Positions 37,953 to 46,996 of a stretch of 64,000 nucleotides of DNA are shown here, piece after piece. Each line of letters begins with the position of its first letter. Positions within the stretch are counted from its first letter, which is position 1. Below the pieces are notes generated by a model. It had not been told where the DNA came from and ran no database searches. It was given only the letters and a program-made list of their open reading frames with translations. Position numbers and translations under genes: made by a program. The stretch is taken from assembly GCA_963666565.1 (NCBI GenBank), contig OY762911.1, positions 1,088,001 to 1,152,000 on the forward strand. The letters run 5' to 3'. This DNA is from Thermoanaerobaculia bacterium (GTDB taxonomy: Bacteria; Acidobacteriota; Thermoanaerobaculia; Multivoradales; Multivoraceae).

Positions 37953-39685
37953 GCGGAGCCGCCTTGTCGGTGCGCCGGCCCTCTGGCCGGCTTCTGGGGA
38001 CCAGCGCCAGCGTCCCCGCCGCCGCAGCGGTCGCGGCCCTCCTCGTCTGCCCCGCGTTGACGCATGCCCAGGGCGCCGGCAACGCGCCGCTCTTCCGCGA
38101 CATCACCGAGTCCACCGGCATCATCTTCCGCCACAACTCTGCTCCCGAGAAGAAGTACATCGTCGAGTCGATGAGCGGCGGCGTCGGCCTCTTCGACTAC
38201 GACCGCGACGGCCTGCTCGACATCTACTTCGTCAACTCCCTCACGGTCGACACTGCGAACGAGCCGGAATCGTCGGCGAGCGCCCTCTATCGCAACCTCG
38301 GCGACGGCACCTTCCGCGACGTCGCCGCCGAGGCCGGCGTCGCCCACCCCGGCTGGGGAATGGGCCTGTGCATCGCCGACGTCGACGGCGACGGCTGGCA
38401 GGACCTCTACGTCACCGGCATCGGCCGGAACCGCCTCTATCGCAACTCGGGCGAGAACACGTTCACCGACGTGGCCGCCGAACTCGGCGTCGCCGCCTCG
38501 GGCTGGTCGACCGGCTGCGGCTTCGCCGACTACGACCGCGACGGCGATCTCGACCTGTTCGTGAGCCGCTACGTGGAGTTCGATCTCGACAACCTGCCGG
38601 AGTTCGGCAGCGACAAGACCTGCCAGTACCGCGGCGTGTCCGTCCAGTGCGGACCGCGCGGCCTGCCGGGCACCTCCGACCTCCTGTTCCGACAGGAGGC
38701 GAACGGCGCCTTCACCGAGATCGGCGAGGAGGCGGGGGTTCGCGATCCCGACGGCTACTTCGGCCTCGGCATCGCCTGGGTCGACATGGACGCCGACGGC
38801 TGGCTCGACCTCTACGTGGCCAACGACTCGACGCCCAACTACCTCTACATGAACCGGAAGGACGGCACGTTCGAGGAGTCGGGCTTCTTCATGGGCGTCG
38901 CGGTGAGCGAGGACGGCGGCGAGCAGGGAGGAATGGGCGTCGCGGTCGGCGACTACGACGGCAGCGGCCGGCTGAGCCTGTTCGTCAGCAACTTCGCCGA
39001 GGAGTACAACGCGCTCTACCGCAACGAGGGCGACTACTCGAGCGACGCCTCCTTCCGGTCGAGGACGGGCGCGTCGAGCCTGCCCTACGTCGGCTGGGGA
39101 ACCGCGTTCTTCGACTATGACAACGACAGCTGGGAGGACCTCGTCGTGGTGAACGGCCACGTCTATCCCCAGCTCGACGGCGCCCGGCTCGGCGCCTCGG
39201 CCGGCTACCGCCAGCGCAAGCTGCTCTATCGGAACCTGGGCGACGGCACCTTCGAAGAGATAGCCGAGCAAGGGGGGCCAGCCTTCCTCGAACAGACGGT
39301 CAGCCGCGGCCTGGCGATGGGCGACCTGGACAACGACGGCCGGGTGGACCTGGTGATCAGTGACCTCGACGGCTCGCCCGTATTGCTGCGCAACGAGGCC
39401 GGCGGCGGCCGCTGGCTGCAGGTGCGGCTGGTCGGCGCCGGCAGGAACACCGACGCGATCGGCGCGGTGATCCAGGTCAAGGCGGGCGGCCGCAGCCAGA
39501 TCCGCAACATCCGCAGCGGTACCAGCTACCTGTCGCAGGACGACTTCCGGCAGCACTTCGGCCTGGGCGACGCCGCCACGGTCGACTCGGTCGTCGTGAC
39601 CTGGCCGGACGGCTCGACGACGGAACGAGAGAACGTCGTCGCCGACCAGGTGCTGGTGGTGGAGCAGGGCGTCGGACAGGAGTAG
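37949..39685 (+). CDS. CRTAC1-family FG-GAP repeat protein with an ASPIC/UnbV domain
   Basis: Repeated DxDxDGxxD motifs, LYRNLGDGTF, SRGLAMGDLDNDG; C-terminal SGTSYLSQ...HFGLG...WPDG. Confidence 0.92.
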   Translation: MSGAALSVRRPSGRLLGTSASVPAAAAVAALLVCPALTHAQGAGNAPLFRDITESTGIIFRHNSAPEKKYIVESMSGGVGLFDYDRDGLLDIYFVNSLTVDTANEPESSASALYRNLGDGTFRDVAAEAGVAHPGWGMGLCIADVDGDGWQDLYVTGIGRNRLYRNSGENTFTDVAAELGVAASGWSTGCGFADYDRDGDLDLFVSRYVEFDLDNLPEFGSDKTCQYRGVSVQCGPRGLPGTSDLLFRQEANGAFTEIGEEAGVRDPDGYFGLGIAWVDMDADGWLDLYVANDSTPNYLYMNRKDGTFEESGFFMGVAVSEDGGEQGGMGVAVGDYDGSGRLSLFVSNFAEEYNALYRNEGDYSSDASFRSRTGASSLPYVGWGTAFFDYDNDSWEDLVVVNGHVYPQLDGARLGASAGYRQRKLLYRNLGDGTFEEIAEQGGPAFLEQTVSRGLAMGDLDNDGRVDLVISDLDGSPVLLRNEAGGGRWLQVRLVGAGRNTDAIGAVIQVKAGGRSQIRNIRSGTSYLSQDDFRQHFGLGDAATVDSVVVTWPDGSTTERENVVADQVLVVEQGVGQE

Positions 39686-39706
39686 GCCTTGGCTCGGCGC
39701 TGTCGG

Positions 39707-39735
39707 TTGACCGTCTCTGGCACGTGAAGTACCAT
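39707..39735 (+). promoter_or_regulatory. Sigma70-type promoter of the toxin-antitoxin operon (leaderless)
   Basis: TTGACC-N17-TACCAT ends 6 nt before ATG 39742; no SD. Confidence 0.6.
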
Positions 39736-39741
39736 CCCGGC

Positions 39742-40008
39742 ATGCTCGTTACCATTGACGGCGCTGGAAGGTTGGTCGTGCCGAAGGCCCTCCGGGAGCA
39801 GTTCAACCTGACTCCCGGGTGCGAACTCGAGATCGAAGCCGGCGCGAATGGGATCACCCTTCGCCGCGCCGAAGTCGAGCCGGCTCTCGTTCGGAAGCAG
39901 GGCATTCTCGTCCATCATGGGTCCACGCGCGCCTCGGTCGACATCGGCGAGTTCGTCCGCGCCGAACGCAAGGCGCGAAGCGCCCGCATCGCCCGCGACA
40001 TCGGCTGA
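39742..40008 (+). CDS. AbrB/MazE/SpoVT-family antitoxin
   Basis: VTIDGAGRLVVPKALREQFNL.PG signature; lies directly upstream of a PIN gene. Confidence 0.88.
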   Translation: MLVTIDGAGRLVVPKALREQFNLTPGCELEIEAGANGITLRRAEVEPALVRKQGILVHHGSTRASVDIGEFVRAERKARSARIARDIG

Positions 40009-40440
40009 GTGCGCACGCTTTTCGACACATCGGTGGTCGTCGCGGCTCTGGTTGACCAACTCGGTACCCACCGAGCCGCCTTCCGCGAGTTCCGGCGTTG
40101 TTCGCACGGCGAGAACAGCGGCTACTGCTCGACGCACGCATTGGCCGAGATCTACGCGACGCTGACAGCCCTGCCGCTGAAGCGGCGGATCTCGCCGGAC
40201 GAGGCACGACGGCTCATCGAAGAAGCCGTGCTCGGACGCTTGGCCGTCATCTCGCTTGGCGCTGCCGACTACCGCGCCGTTCTCCGCCAGGTCGCGAATC
40301 GGGGCCTGGGCAGCGGGGCGATCTACGATGCCCTCCACGCACAATGTGCGCGCAAGGAACGCGTCGACCAGATCCTCACCTACAACCTGTCCGACTTCGA
40401 TCGGTTCGATCTCGAAGGCATCGTGGTGGCGGCACCGTGA
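40009..40440 (+). CDS. PIN-domain toxin (VapC-like)
   Basis: FDTSVVVA, LAEIY, YDALH, TYN..DF acidic PIN motifs. Confidence 0.88.
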   Translation: MRTLFDTSVVVAALVDQLGTHRAAFREFRRCSHGENSGYCSTHALAEIYATLTALPLKRRISPDEARRLIEEAVLGRLAVISLGAADYRAVLRQVANRGLGSGAIYDALHAQCARKERVDQILTYNLSDFDRFDLEGIVVAAP

Positions 40441-40522
40441 ACTCGGCGGAGAACCCCGCGAACACGATGGAGTAGACCGCGCCGACCCGCGCGCAGGCGA
40501 GCACAACGAGGGCTCATGACAG

Positions 40523-41695
40523 TCACTCGTGACGCGTCATCCAACGCTTGCCCGAGCTGTGCGGCGCGCTCTTCGGGCCGCGATTGAAGCCTTCCGCCGC
40601 GTGCGGGTAGTCCGGCCCGACGAGACCACCGGTGCATTCGCCGGCCGGCGGGATCACCCAGTCGCAGCCGGGCGTGTTCTCCGGGCCGTCGGCCCAGCAC
40701 TGCTCCAACGCCTCAAGATCCGCGGCCAGTGACCCCGGATCGTGCGGCGGCATGTGCTCGTTCGGGTCCCAGAAGTCGCCGGTGAACTCCGCCAGCGTTT
40801 CCATGGCCATCCGGTGACAGCCGAGGCAGCCGTTGCCTTCGATGTGGATGGTGCGCATGTCCCAGGTCGGCGCGCCCACAACGTAGTAGGGCGGGTTCGG
40901 GCCGGGCAGGACCGGGACGACGGGCTGGCGCGGGTTCTCGGGCAGCCGCGCCGACTTGATCCACGGATTGTGGATGAACGGGTCCGCCTGGTGGCAGCGG
41001 ACGCACTGGATGTCCCCGGCGGGCATGTACGCGTCGTCGAACTCAGGGTCGTCGGGGCCGGGCAGCACGCCGAGCAACCGGTTGTTCTCGCCGATGTGGG
41101 TCCAGCGGCTGTTGTCTGCCGACTCGAAGAAGCAGGTGGCGCCGGTCTCCTGGTTGTAGCCGATCATCTGGACCGAGTCCGGGATGTCGACGTTGAAGAC
41201 GTCGTCCCGTCCGTCGTGGCGGCAGAAACTCACCCAGACGACCTCGGGACGCGGCGTGCCGTCGGCGTTCCTGCCCTCGTAGCGCTGGAGGCTCGAGCCC
41301 GGCATGCAGTCGCCGATCTGGAGACTGCCGTCGTCGCAAGCGTGGAGGCCCGGATCCTCGAAGATCTCCCGGCCGTCCTGCCGGATGCGGATGCGCGCGC
41401 CCTGGCCGCAGTCGACCGTCGGCGCCACGCCCAGGTGCGGCTCGCACATCGCGGCATAGGCGCTGGCGCTCTTCGGCATCGGCGGGTTCGCACCCCCGGG
41501 CGTGCACTGTCCGGCAGGCGCGGATTGCCCCTGCACCAAACCCGGTCCGAGCACAACGGCAAGAAGGAGCGTCACAAACCGGGTGCGCGGATCCTCTGAC
41601 CGCCGGGTGCGCGGGTCTTCCGACCCGCTCGCCGCCGAAGGCGGCCCGAAATCGCGCCGGCCGGCAGGCCGGCGTCCGCTTTGGCGCGCGACCAT
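40523..41695 (-). CDS. Exported Cys-rich protein with two CxxCH motifs (putative di-heme cytochrome c); repeat in the signal n-region
   Basis: SD GGGGGA before ATG 41695; CVRCH and CLGCH; h-region FVTLLLAVVLG. Confidence 0.65.
   Translation of the reverse strand: MVARQSGRRPAGRRDFGPPSAASGSEDPRTRRSEDPRTRFVTLLLAVVLGPGLVQGQSAPAGQCTPGGANPPMPKSASAYAAMCEPHLGVAPTVDCGQGARIRIRQDGREIFEDPGLHACDDGSLQIGDCMPGSSLQRYEGRNADGTPRPEVVWVSFCRHDGRDDVFNVDIPDSVQMIGYNQETGATCFFESADNSRWTHIGENNRLLGVLPGPDDPEFDDAYMPAGDIQCVRCHQADPFIHNPWIKSARLPENPRQPVVPVLPGPNPPYYVVGAPTWDMRTIHIEGNGCLGCHRMAMETLAEFTGDFWDPNEHMPPHDPGSLAADLEALEQCWADGPENTPGCDWVIPPAGECTGGLVGPDYPHAAEGFNRGPKSAPHSSGKRWMTRHE
41579..41646. repeat. One complete and one partial core palindrome in tandem, in frame on the minus strand
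   Basis: CCGGGTGCGCGGATCCTCTGACCG followed by CCGGGTGCGCGGGTCTTCCGACCCGC; encodes GSEDPRTRRSEDPRTR. Confidence 0.9.
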
Positions 41696-41705
41696 ACGGC
41701 TCCCC

Positions 41706-42620
41706 CTACATCTCCAGCACAACTTCCTTCTTCGCGTTCGACTCGAGCGACTGGACCTTGCGCTTCAGGTACTTGTTCAACTGCCGGTCGTAGCGGCTCG
41801 TCGCGCCGGCGTGCCGCGCCCGCACGTACGGCTCCCAGCGGGCCTCTCCGGCCGCCTCCACCCGGTCGCCCATCACCGTGACCCGCTGGATGATCCGCTC
41901 CTCGTCGAAGTCGTTCAGCACGAAGTGCTGCGTGCACCGGTTGTCCCACATGGCGAGCGTGCCCTGCCGCCAGCGGTAGCGAACCGTGAAGCGCGTGTTC
42001 GTCGCCCAGCGCGTCAGGTAACCGAGCAGGTGTTCGCTCTCCTCGTGGCTGAGTTCGACGATGCGCCGCGTGAAGTGCTCGTTGACGAACAGCGACTTCC
42101 GGCCGGTCTCCGGATGGACGCGGACGACCGGGTGGATCGTCATCTTCTTCGGCTTGCCGTGCGGCGTCGCGTCGTGGAGCGCGGTCAGGCCCTCGCAGAG
42201 ATCCTGCAGCGGCGGCGAGAGTTCCTCGTAGGCCCTGTACATGTTGGCCCACATCGTGTCGCCGCCGACCTCCGGGCACTTGACCATGTTCAGGATGGCC
42301 ATCACCGAGGGGCTCTCCTGGAAGCTGATGTCGCTGTGCCACTCGTCCGCGACGCCGCCGCGAGTCGCCACCAGCTCGAAGACCTCGGGGTGCTCGAGGA
42401 ACGGGTTGTTCAGGTGCGGGTGCCCTTCCAGCTCGCCGAAGTGGCGGCCGAAGGCGACGTGCTGCGCCACGTCCAGATGCTGGTCGGGAAAGAAGAGCAC
42501 CTGATGGTCCAGCAGCAGGCCGCGGATCGTTGCGGCCTCGTCCGGGCCGGCCTCGGCCAGCGGCAGATCGTGGATCTCCGCGCCCAGGGATCCGGAGAGG
42601 CGTACGACTCGATGACTCAT
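41706..42620 (-). CDS. TauD/TfdA family 2-oxoglutarate-dependent dioxygenase
   Basis: WHSD, GGDTMWAN, HPVVRVHPETGRK, WDNRCTQH...R. Confidence 0.92.
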   Translation of the reverse strand: MSHRVVRLSGSLGAEIHDLPLAEAGPDEAATIRGLLLDHQVLFFPDQHLDVAQHVAFGRHFGELEGHPHLNNPFLEHPEVFELVATRGGVADEWHSDISFQESPSVMAILNMVKCPEVGGDTMWANMYRAYEELSPPLQDLCEGLTALHDATPHGKPKKMTIHPVVRVHPETGRKSLFVNEHFTRRIVELSHEESEHLLGYLTRWATNTRFTVRYRWRQGTLAMWDNRCTQHFVLNDFDEERIIQRVTVMGDRVEAAGEARWEPYVRARHAGATSRYDRQLNKYLKRKVQSLESNAKKEVVLEM

Positions 42621-42676
42621 GGAGTTCTCCTGCGGTTGGAAGGGCGAGGCTATCCCGTGTCGCGTCGCGGGCGGCG

Positions 42677-43642
42677 ATGAAGCACTTCCGCGAGGTCTAC
42701 GGACCGGAGTTCGGCACCTTCTCCCAGGGCTGCGCGAACCTGAACGACGTCGCCGACGACCCCGAGGCGATTCGGGCCGCGCGCCAGTGCGTGGCCGACG
42801 GCTACTACAAGACGGCCATCTACCGGGACACAGTCTCCAAGCACCCGGTGAAGATCACCGCGGAGACGATCGCCGGCGTCTACACCGAGGTGTTCGTCCC
42901 TGAACGGGGAGTCGCCGAGGAGAAGGAAGACCGGCTGCTGATCAGCATTCACGGCGGCGGCTTCCGCGTTGGCGCCCGCTACTTCAGCCAGACGGAGGCG
43001 ATGCAGGTCGCCGACATGGGCGGCTACAGGGTGATCAGCCCCGACTACCGGATGGCGCCGGAGGCCACCCATCCGGCGGGCGTCGAGGACGTCATCGCCG
43101 TCTACAAGGCGATGCTCGAGGACTACGAGGCGTCGAAGATCGGCATCTACGGCTGCTCGGCCGGCGCCATGCTCACGGCACAGACGGTCGCCTACATCCT
43201 GGAGAACGACCTGCCGCTGCCGGGCGCGATCGGTCTCTTCTGCGCCGGGATACCGACCACCGACGGCGACACCCCGGGCGTCTTCAAGATGGGCCGCAGC
43301 GAGAGCGCTTTCCTGGTGTCCGCGATCAACGGCTTCCCACGCCCGGTCGAGCCGGCGGAGCCGCCCCAGCCGAGCGGCTACTTCCGCGGCGTGGCAGCCG
43401 GCGACCACGACGACCTGCTCGCCCGCTTCCCGCCGCCGCTACTCATCAGCGGCACGCGCGACTTCGCCCTCGGCGGCGTCCTGGCCAGCCACAACAAGCT
43501 GGTCAGCCTCGGCGTCGAGGCGGACCTGCACGTCTGGGAAGGTCTCAGGCACGCGACGTTCGCGTTCAACCCGCGTCTCCCCGAGTCGGACGAAGTGCAT
43601 AACGTGATCGTGCGCTTCTTCGACCGGCACCTGTCCCGGTAG
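42677..43642 (+). CDS. Alpha/beta hydrolase (HSL-like esterase)
   Basis: HGGG, DYRMAPE, GCSAG nucleophile elbow, GTRD, catalytic His in GLRHATF. Confidence 0.85.
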   Translation: MKHFREVYGPEFGTFSQGCANLNDVADDPEAIRAARQCVADGYYKTAIYRDTVSKHPVKITAETIAGVYTEVFVPERGVAEEKEDRLLISIHGGGFRVGARYFSQTEAMQVADMGGYRVISPDYRMAPEATHPAGVEDVIAVYKAMLEDYEASKIGIYGCSAGAMLTAQTVAYILENDLPLPGAIGLFCAGIPTTDGDTPGVFKMGRSESAFLVSAINGFPRPVEPAEPPQPSGYFRGVAAGDHDDLLARFPPPLLISGTRDFALGGVLASHNKLVSLGVEADLHVWEGLRHATFAFNPRLPESDEVHNVIVRFFDRHLSR

Positions 43643-43648
43643 TAGACG

Positions 43649-45289
43649 TCAGTTGTACCAGTAGATGTGCTCGTCGTCCGGAGCGTCCGGCTCGAGCAGC
43701 GTCTTGTCGATGTTGACCGGGCTTCGGGTGGCCCAGGGCCAGATCGGCGGCGCCTGCTCCTCGTTGTGTGCGGCGAGGAGCTTCTTCAGGGCCGCGACCC
43801 GCTCCGGCTCGGAGTCGGCGAGGTTGTGCTGCTCGGTGGGGTCCTTCTTCATGTTGAAGAGCCATACGCCCCCGGGGGGTTCGCTGATCTGGAGCTTCCA
43901 GCCGTCGGCGAGGACGACCTGATAGTCGCCGGTGCGCCAGAACAGACGCTCGTGGGGCGCGCCCTCGACCTCGCCCAGGACGTGCGGCACCAGGTCGACG
44001 CCGTCGATCTTCCGGTCGTCCGGCAGATCGACTCCCGCCGCGGCCGCCGCGGTCGAGAAGATGTCGAAGCCGTGCACCGGGGCTTCGTAGACTTGGCCTG
44101 CGCCGAGGCGAGCGGGCCACTTCAGGAGGAACGGCACGTGGATGCCGCCCTCGAAGAAACTGATCTTCCAGCCGCGGAACGGCTCGTTGACGCGCGGCAG
44201 ACCGATGTAGGCGGGCGCCCCGTTGTCGGAGGTGAAGAAGACAAGCGTGTTCTCTTCGAGGCCGTTCTCGCGCAGCGCCTCGAGCACCCGGCCGACGCTG
44301 CGGTCTAGCGAGCGGACCATCGCGGCGTAGACCCGCAGGCGATGCTCCTCGATATGGGACAGCGCCTCGTAGTCGGCGCGCAGCGCCTGGAGCGGCGTAT
44401 GCACCGCCCAGTGCGCCAGGTAGAGAAGGAACGGCCGGTCCTTGTTCGCCTCGATGACCTGGACCGCCTGGTCGGTGTAGTAGTCGGTCAGGTACCCGCC
44501 GGGCTCGAAGGGGGGACTGTCGTTGAACGACGCCTCGTAGCGCATGAAGCGCCACAGGAAACGGTCGATCCCGTCGAACTCCTGCTTCGAGTTGACGACG
44601 TTCGGGTCGTCCTCGGGCAGGTACAGGCCGCTCCTCATCAGCAGGCTCTCGTCGAAGCCCTGCTCGTGGGCTCGCATGCCGTCGCCCCTGCCGAGGTGCC
44701 ACTTGCCGATGTGCACGGTGTGGTAGCCGGCCGGCTTGAGCAGTTCGGCGAGCGTGATCTCGGACGGCGGCACGCCCTTCTCGTCGATGGGAACCGAAGC
44801 CCCTTCCGTGTTGCCGGTCGTCTGCCGGAGCCTGCCTTCCGTGCTTGAGAGCCGGGGCACCATCGTGGCGAACCCCGGCGGCGTCGGCGTGAACTCGAAA
44901 CCGAAGCGGGTGCCGTAGCGGCCGGTCATGAGCGCGGCCCGCGACGGGGCGCAGGTGCCGTTGGCCGAGTAGCCGTTGGCGAAGTGGACGCCGTCGCGTG
45001 CCAGGGAGTCGATGTGGGGGGTCGGCACCGTGCCGCCCGCGACGCCGCCCCCGAGCCAGCTCAGGTCGTTCCAGCCCAGGTCGTCGGCGAGGATGACGAC
45101 GATGTTGGGCGGCCTCTCCCCGGCGGGCCGTCCCTGGGGATCGGCGCCGGACTGCCAGTCGATCGGTTGGGTCGGACCGATCTCGGCGGGCTGAAACTGT
45201 GCAGCCGCGCCCGCGGCGCCGGCCGCGAGGGCGGCCGCGAGTCCGAGAGCGACCATGTGGCGTCGAGTCGTATCCGGGCGTCGTCTCAT
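43649..45289 (-). CDS. Exported sulfatase
   Basis: ADDLG, CAPSRAALMTGRY, GKWHLG, SDNG, EGGIHVP; signal peptide with TRR. Confidence 0.92.
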   Translation of the reverse strand: MRRRPDTTRRHMVALGLAAALAAGAAGAAAQFQPAEIGPTQPIDWQSGADPQGRPAGERPPNIVVILADDLGWNDLSWLGGGVAGGTVPTPHIDSLARDGVHFANGYSANGTCAPSRAALMTGRYGTRFGFEFTPTPPGFATMVPRLSSTEGRLRQTTGNTEGASVPIDEKGVPPSEITLAELLKPAGYHTVHIGKWHLGRGDGMRAHEQGFDESLLMRSGLYLPEDDPNVVNSKQEFDGIDRFLWRFMRYEASFNDSPPFEPGGYLTDYYTDQAVQVIEANKDRPFLLYLAHWAVHTPLQALRADYEALSHIEEHRLRVYAAMVRSLDRSVGRVLEALRENGLEENTLVFFTSDNGAPAYIGLPRVNEPFRGWKISFFEGGIHVPFLLKWPARLGAGQVYEAPVHGFDIFSTAAAAAGVDLPDDRKIDGVDLVPHVLGEVEGAPHERLFWRTGDYQVVLADGWKLQISEPPGGVWLFNMKKDPTEQHNLADSEPERVAALKKLLAAHNEEQAPPIWPWATRSPVNIDKTLLEPDAPDDEHIYWYN

Positions 45290-45360
45290 GGGTGCTGTCC
45301 CTTCAGTTGTTACGGAGGGCGAGCCTAGCGCGGCGGAAGGTCCAGAAGCCGGCGCGTCTC

Positions 45361-45450
45361 CCTGGCCGCCTTCGGCGGCAGCGGGTCAGAAGACCCGCGC
45401 ACCCAACAGACGGTCAGTTCGCTGCGCGACAGCGCAGCCGGACGGCTGCG
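45361..45450. repeat. 90-bp subtype of the element, intergenic between divergent genes
   Basis: 80/90 identity to 7091-7180. Confidence 0.92.
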
Positions 45451-45566
45451 AGTACTCCTGGCGCTTGAGGTTGAGCGCCTGTGCCGGTTGATGACGCGGA
45501 GCACGGCTGGTACGGTCTGCCACCGCGACTCCGGTACGCGAATCACCGACAGAGGGAGCCTCGACC

Positions 45567-46784
45567 ATGAAGACAGGCCGACTTCGATTCGCCCTGCTCG
45601 CGCTCGTTCCGATGTTTCTGGCCGTCCCGGCGTTTTCCCAGGACGTCGACGGGAACGAGAACGAGAGAGTGAAGGGCGCGCACGAGAACCAGTCGCCGGA
45701 GGCGCGGCAGGACGATCTCGGCATCACCGTGCCCGTGCCGACGAGCCACCCGGGCCGCCGCTACCCGGCGGAACACGAGTTCCCGACCGGCCCGGCCATC
45801 GGCGAGCGACTGCCCGAGTTCGAGCTGCCCAACCAGGACGGCGAGCTGATCGACTTCCATGCGGACCGGGGCGACTCGAAGGCGGTCGTCGTCTTCTACC
45901 GCTCCGCCGTCTGGTGACCGTACTGCCGCACGCAGCTGGTCGAGCTGCAAGACAACCTGGACCTCTTCGACGCCGAGGACATCAAGGTCTACGGCATCAG
46001 CTACGACACGCAGGAGCAGTTGAAGGCCTTTGCGGAGGATCGCGACGTCACCTACGACCTGCTCTCCGATGCCGACTCGGCGGTCATCAAGCGCTTCGGC
46101 ATCCTGAACACGACGATCGACCCCGACGCGGACGTGCTCAACCGTGCGACGCAGAAGGGGTTCTACGGCATTCCCTTCCCGGGCGTCTACGTCGCTGACC
46201 GCGACGGCCGGGTGACCGAGAAGTTCTTCCACCGCCACTACGCGACGCGCACGTCGGCGGGGACGATTCGCGACAGCGCGATCGGCCGCATCCTCGCCAA
46301 GCACGAGGTTCCCGCCGCCGAACTGGGAGACGAGCACGTCGAGGTCTCCGTCTTCCTCGCCGACGAGGCGCTCAAGTTCGAGTACACGAGCACCCTCCAC
46401 GTGCGGTTCGAGGTCGCCGACGGCTACCACATCTACGCGGAACCGCTGCCCGACGGCTTCATCGCCTCCACGGCGACCGTCGTGCCGACCAAGGGGGTGA
46501 GGCTCGGCGAGCCGGTCTATCCGCCGACGTCCGAGCGCGAGTTTCCTGAACTCGGCGTGACGCTCAACGTCTACGAGGAAGGCACGACCGACATCGCCAT
46601 CCCGATCGCGCTGAACGCCGAGATTCTCAACTGGCCGATTCAGGACAAGCCGACCGAGATCGAGATCCCGGTCGACGTCGTCTACCAGGCCTGCAGCGAG
46701 ACGGTCTGCTACGTGCCGAAGGAAGAGACGGTCGTGCTCAAGGCGCCGATCGAGCCGCTGGTGATGCCGGGTCGGCGCAGATAG
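45567..46784 (+). CDS. Putative selenoprotein: exported AhpC/TSA-type redoxin (UxxC) fused to a DsbD N-terminal-like domain
   Basis: In-frame TGA 45915-45917 gives FYRSAVW-U-PYCRTQL and joins ORFs 45567-45917 and 46020-46784; C-terminal YQACSETVCYVP. Confidence 0.85.
45918..45950 (+). promoter_or_regulatory. Candidate bacterial SECIS hairpin
   Basis: Stem GCAGCT/AGCTGC (45932-45948) with loop GGTCG starting 20 nt after the UGA. Confidence 0.6.
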
Positions 46785-46996
46785 CGCCGTCAGCCGTCGC
46801 CTGGTCTGCCGCCTAGGCCGGTCGGATCGAAGGGAGGGGGATCCGGCGGTCGCTCGCGCTTGATTGGTGGACGGGAAGTCAGCGCTCGCTTCGGTCGGCT
46901 GCGCTACGGGAGGTCGTGGTTCAGGGCGACGATCTCGGGAGTGCATGGGGACTAGAATCTCCTTGGCTCAAGCACGGCGAGAGGGATTGTTGACCC

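Noticed and set aside
39742-40440. Toxin-antitoxin pair as a novel defence system
   Set aside because: Ordinary AbrB plus PIN (VapBC-like) type II module.
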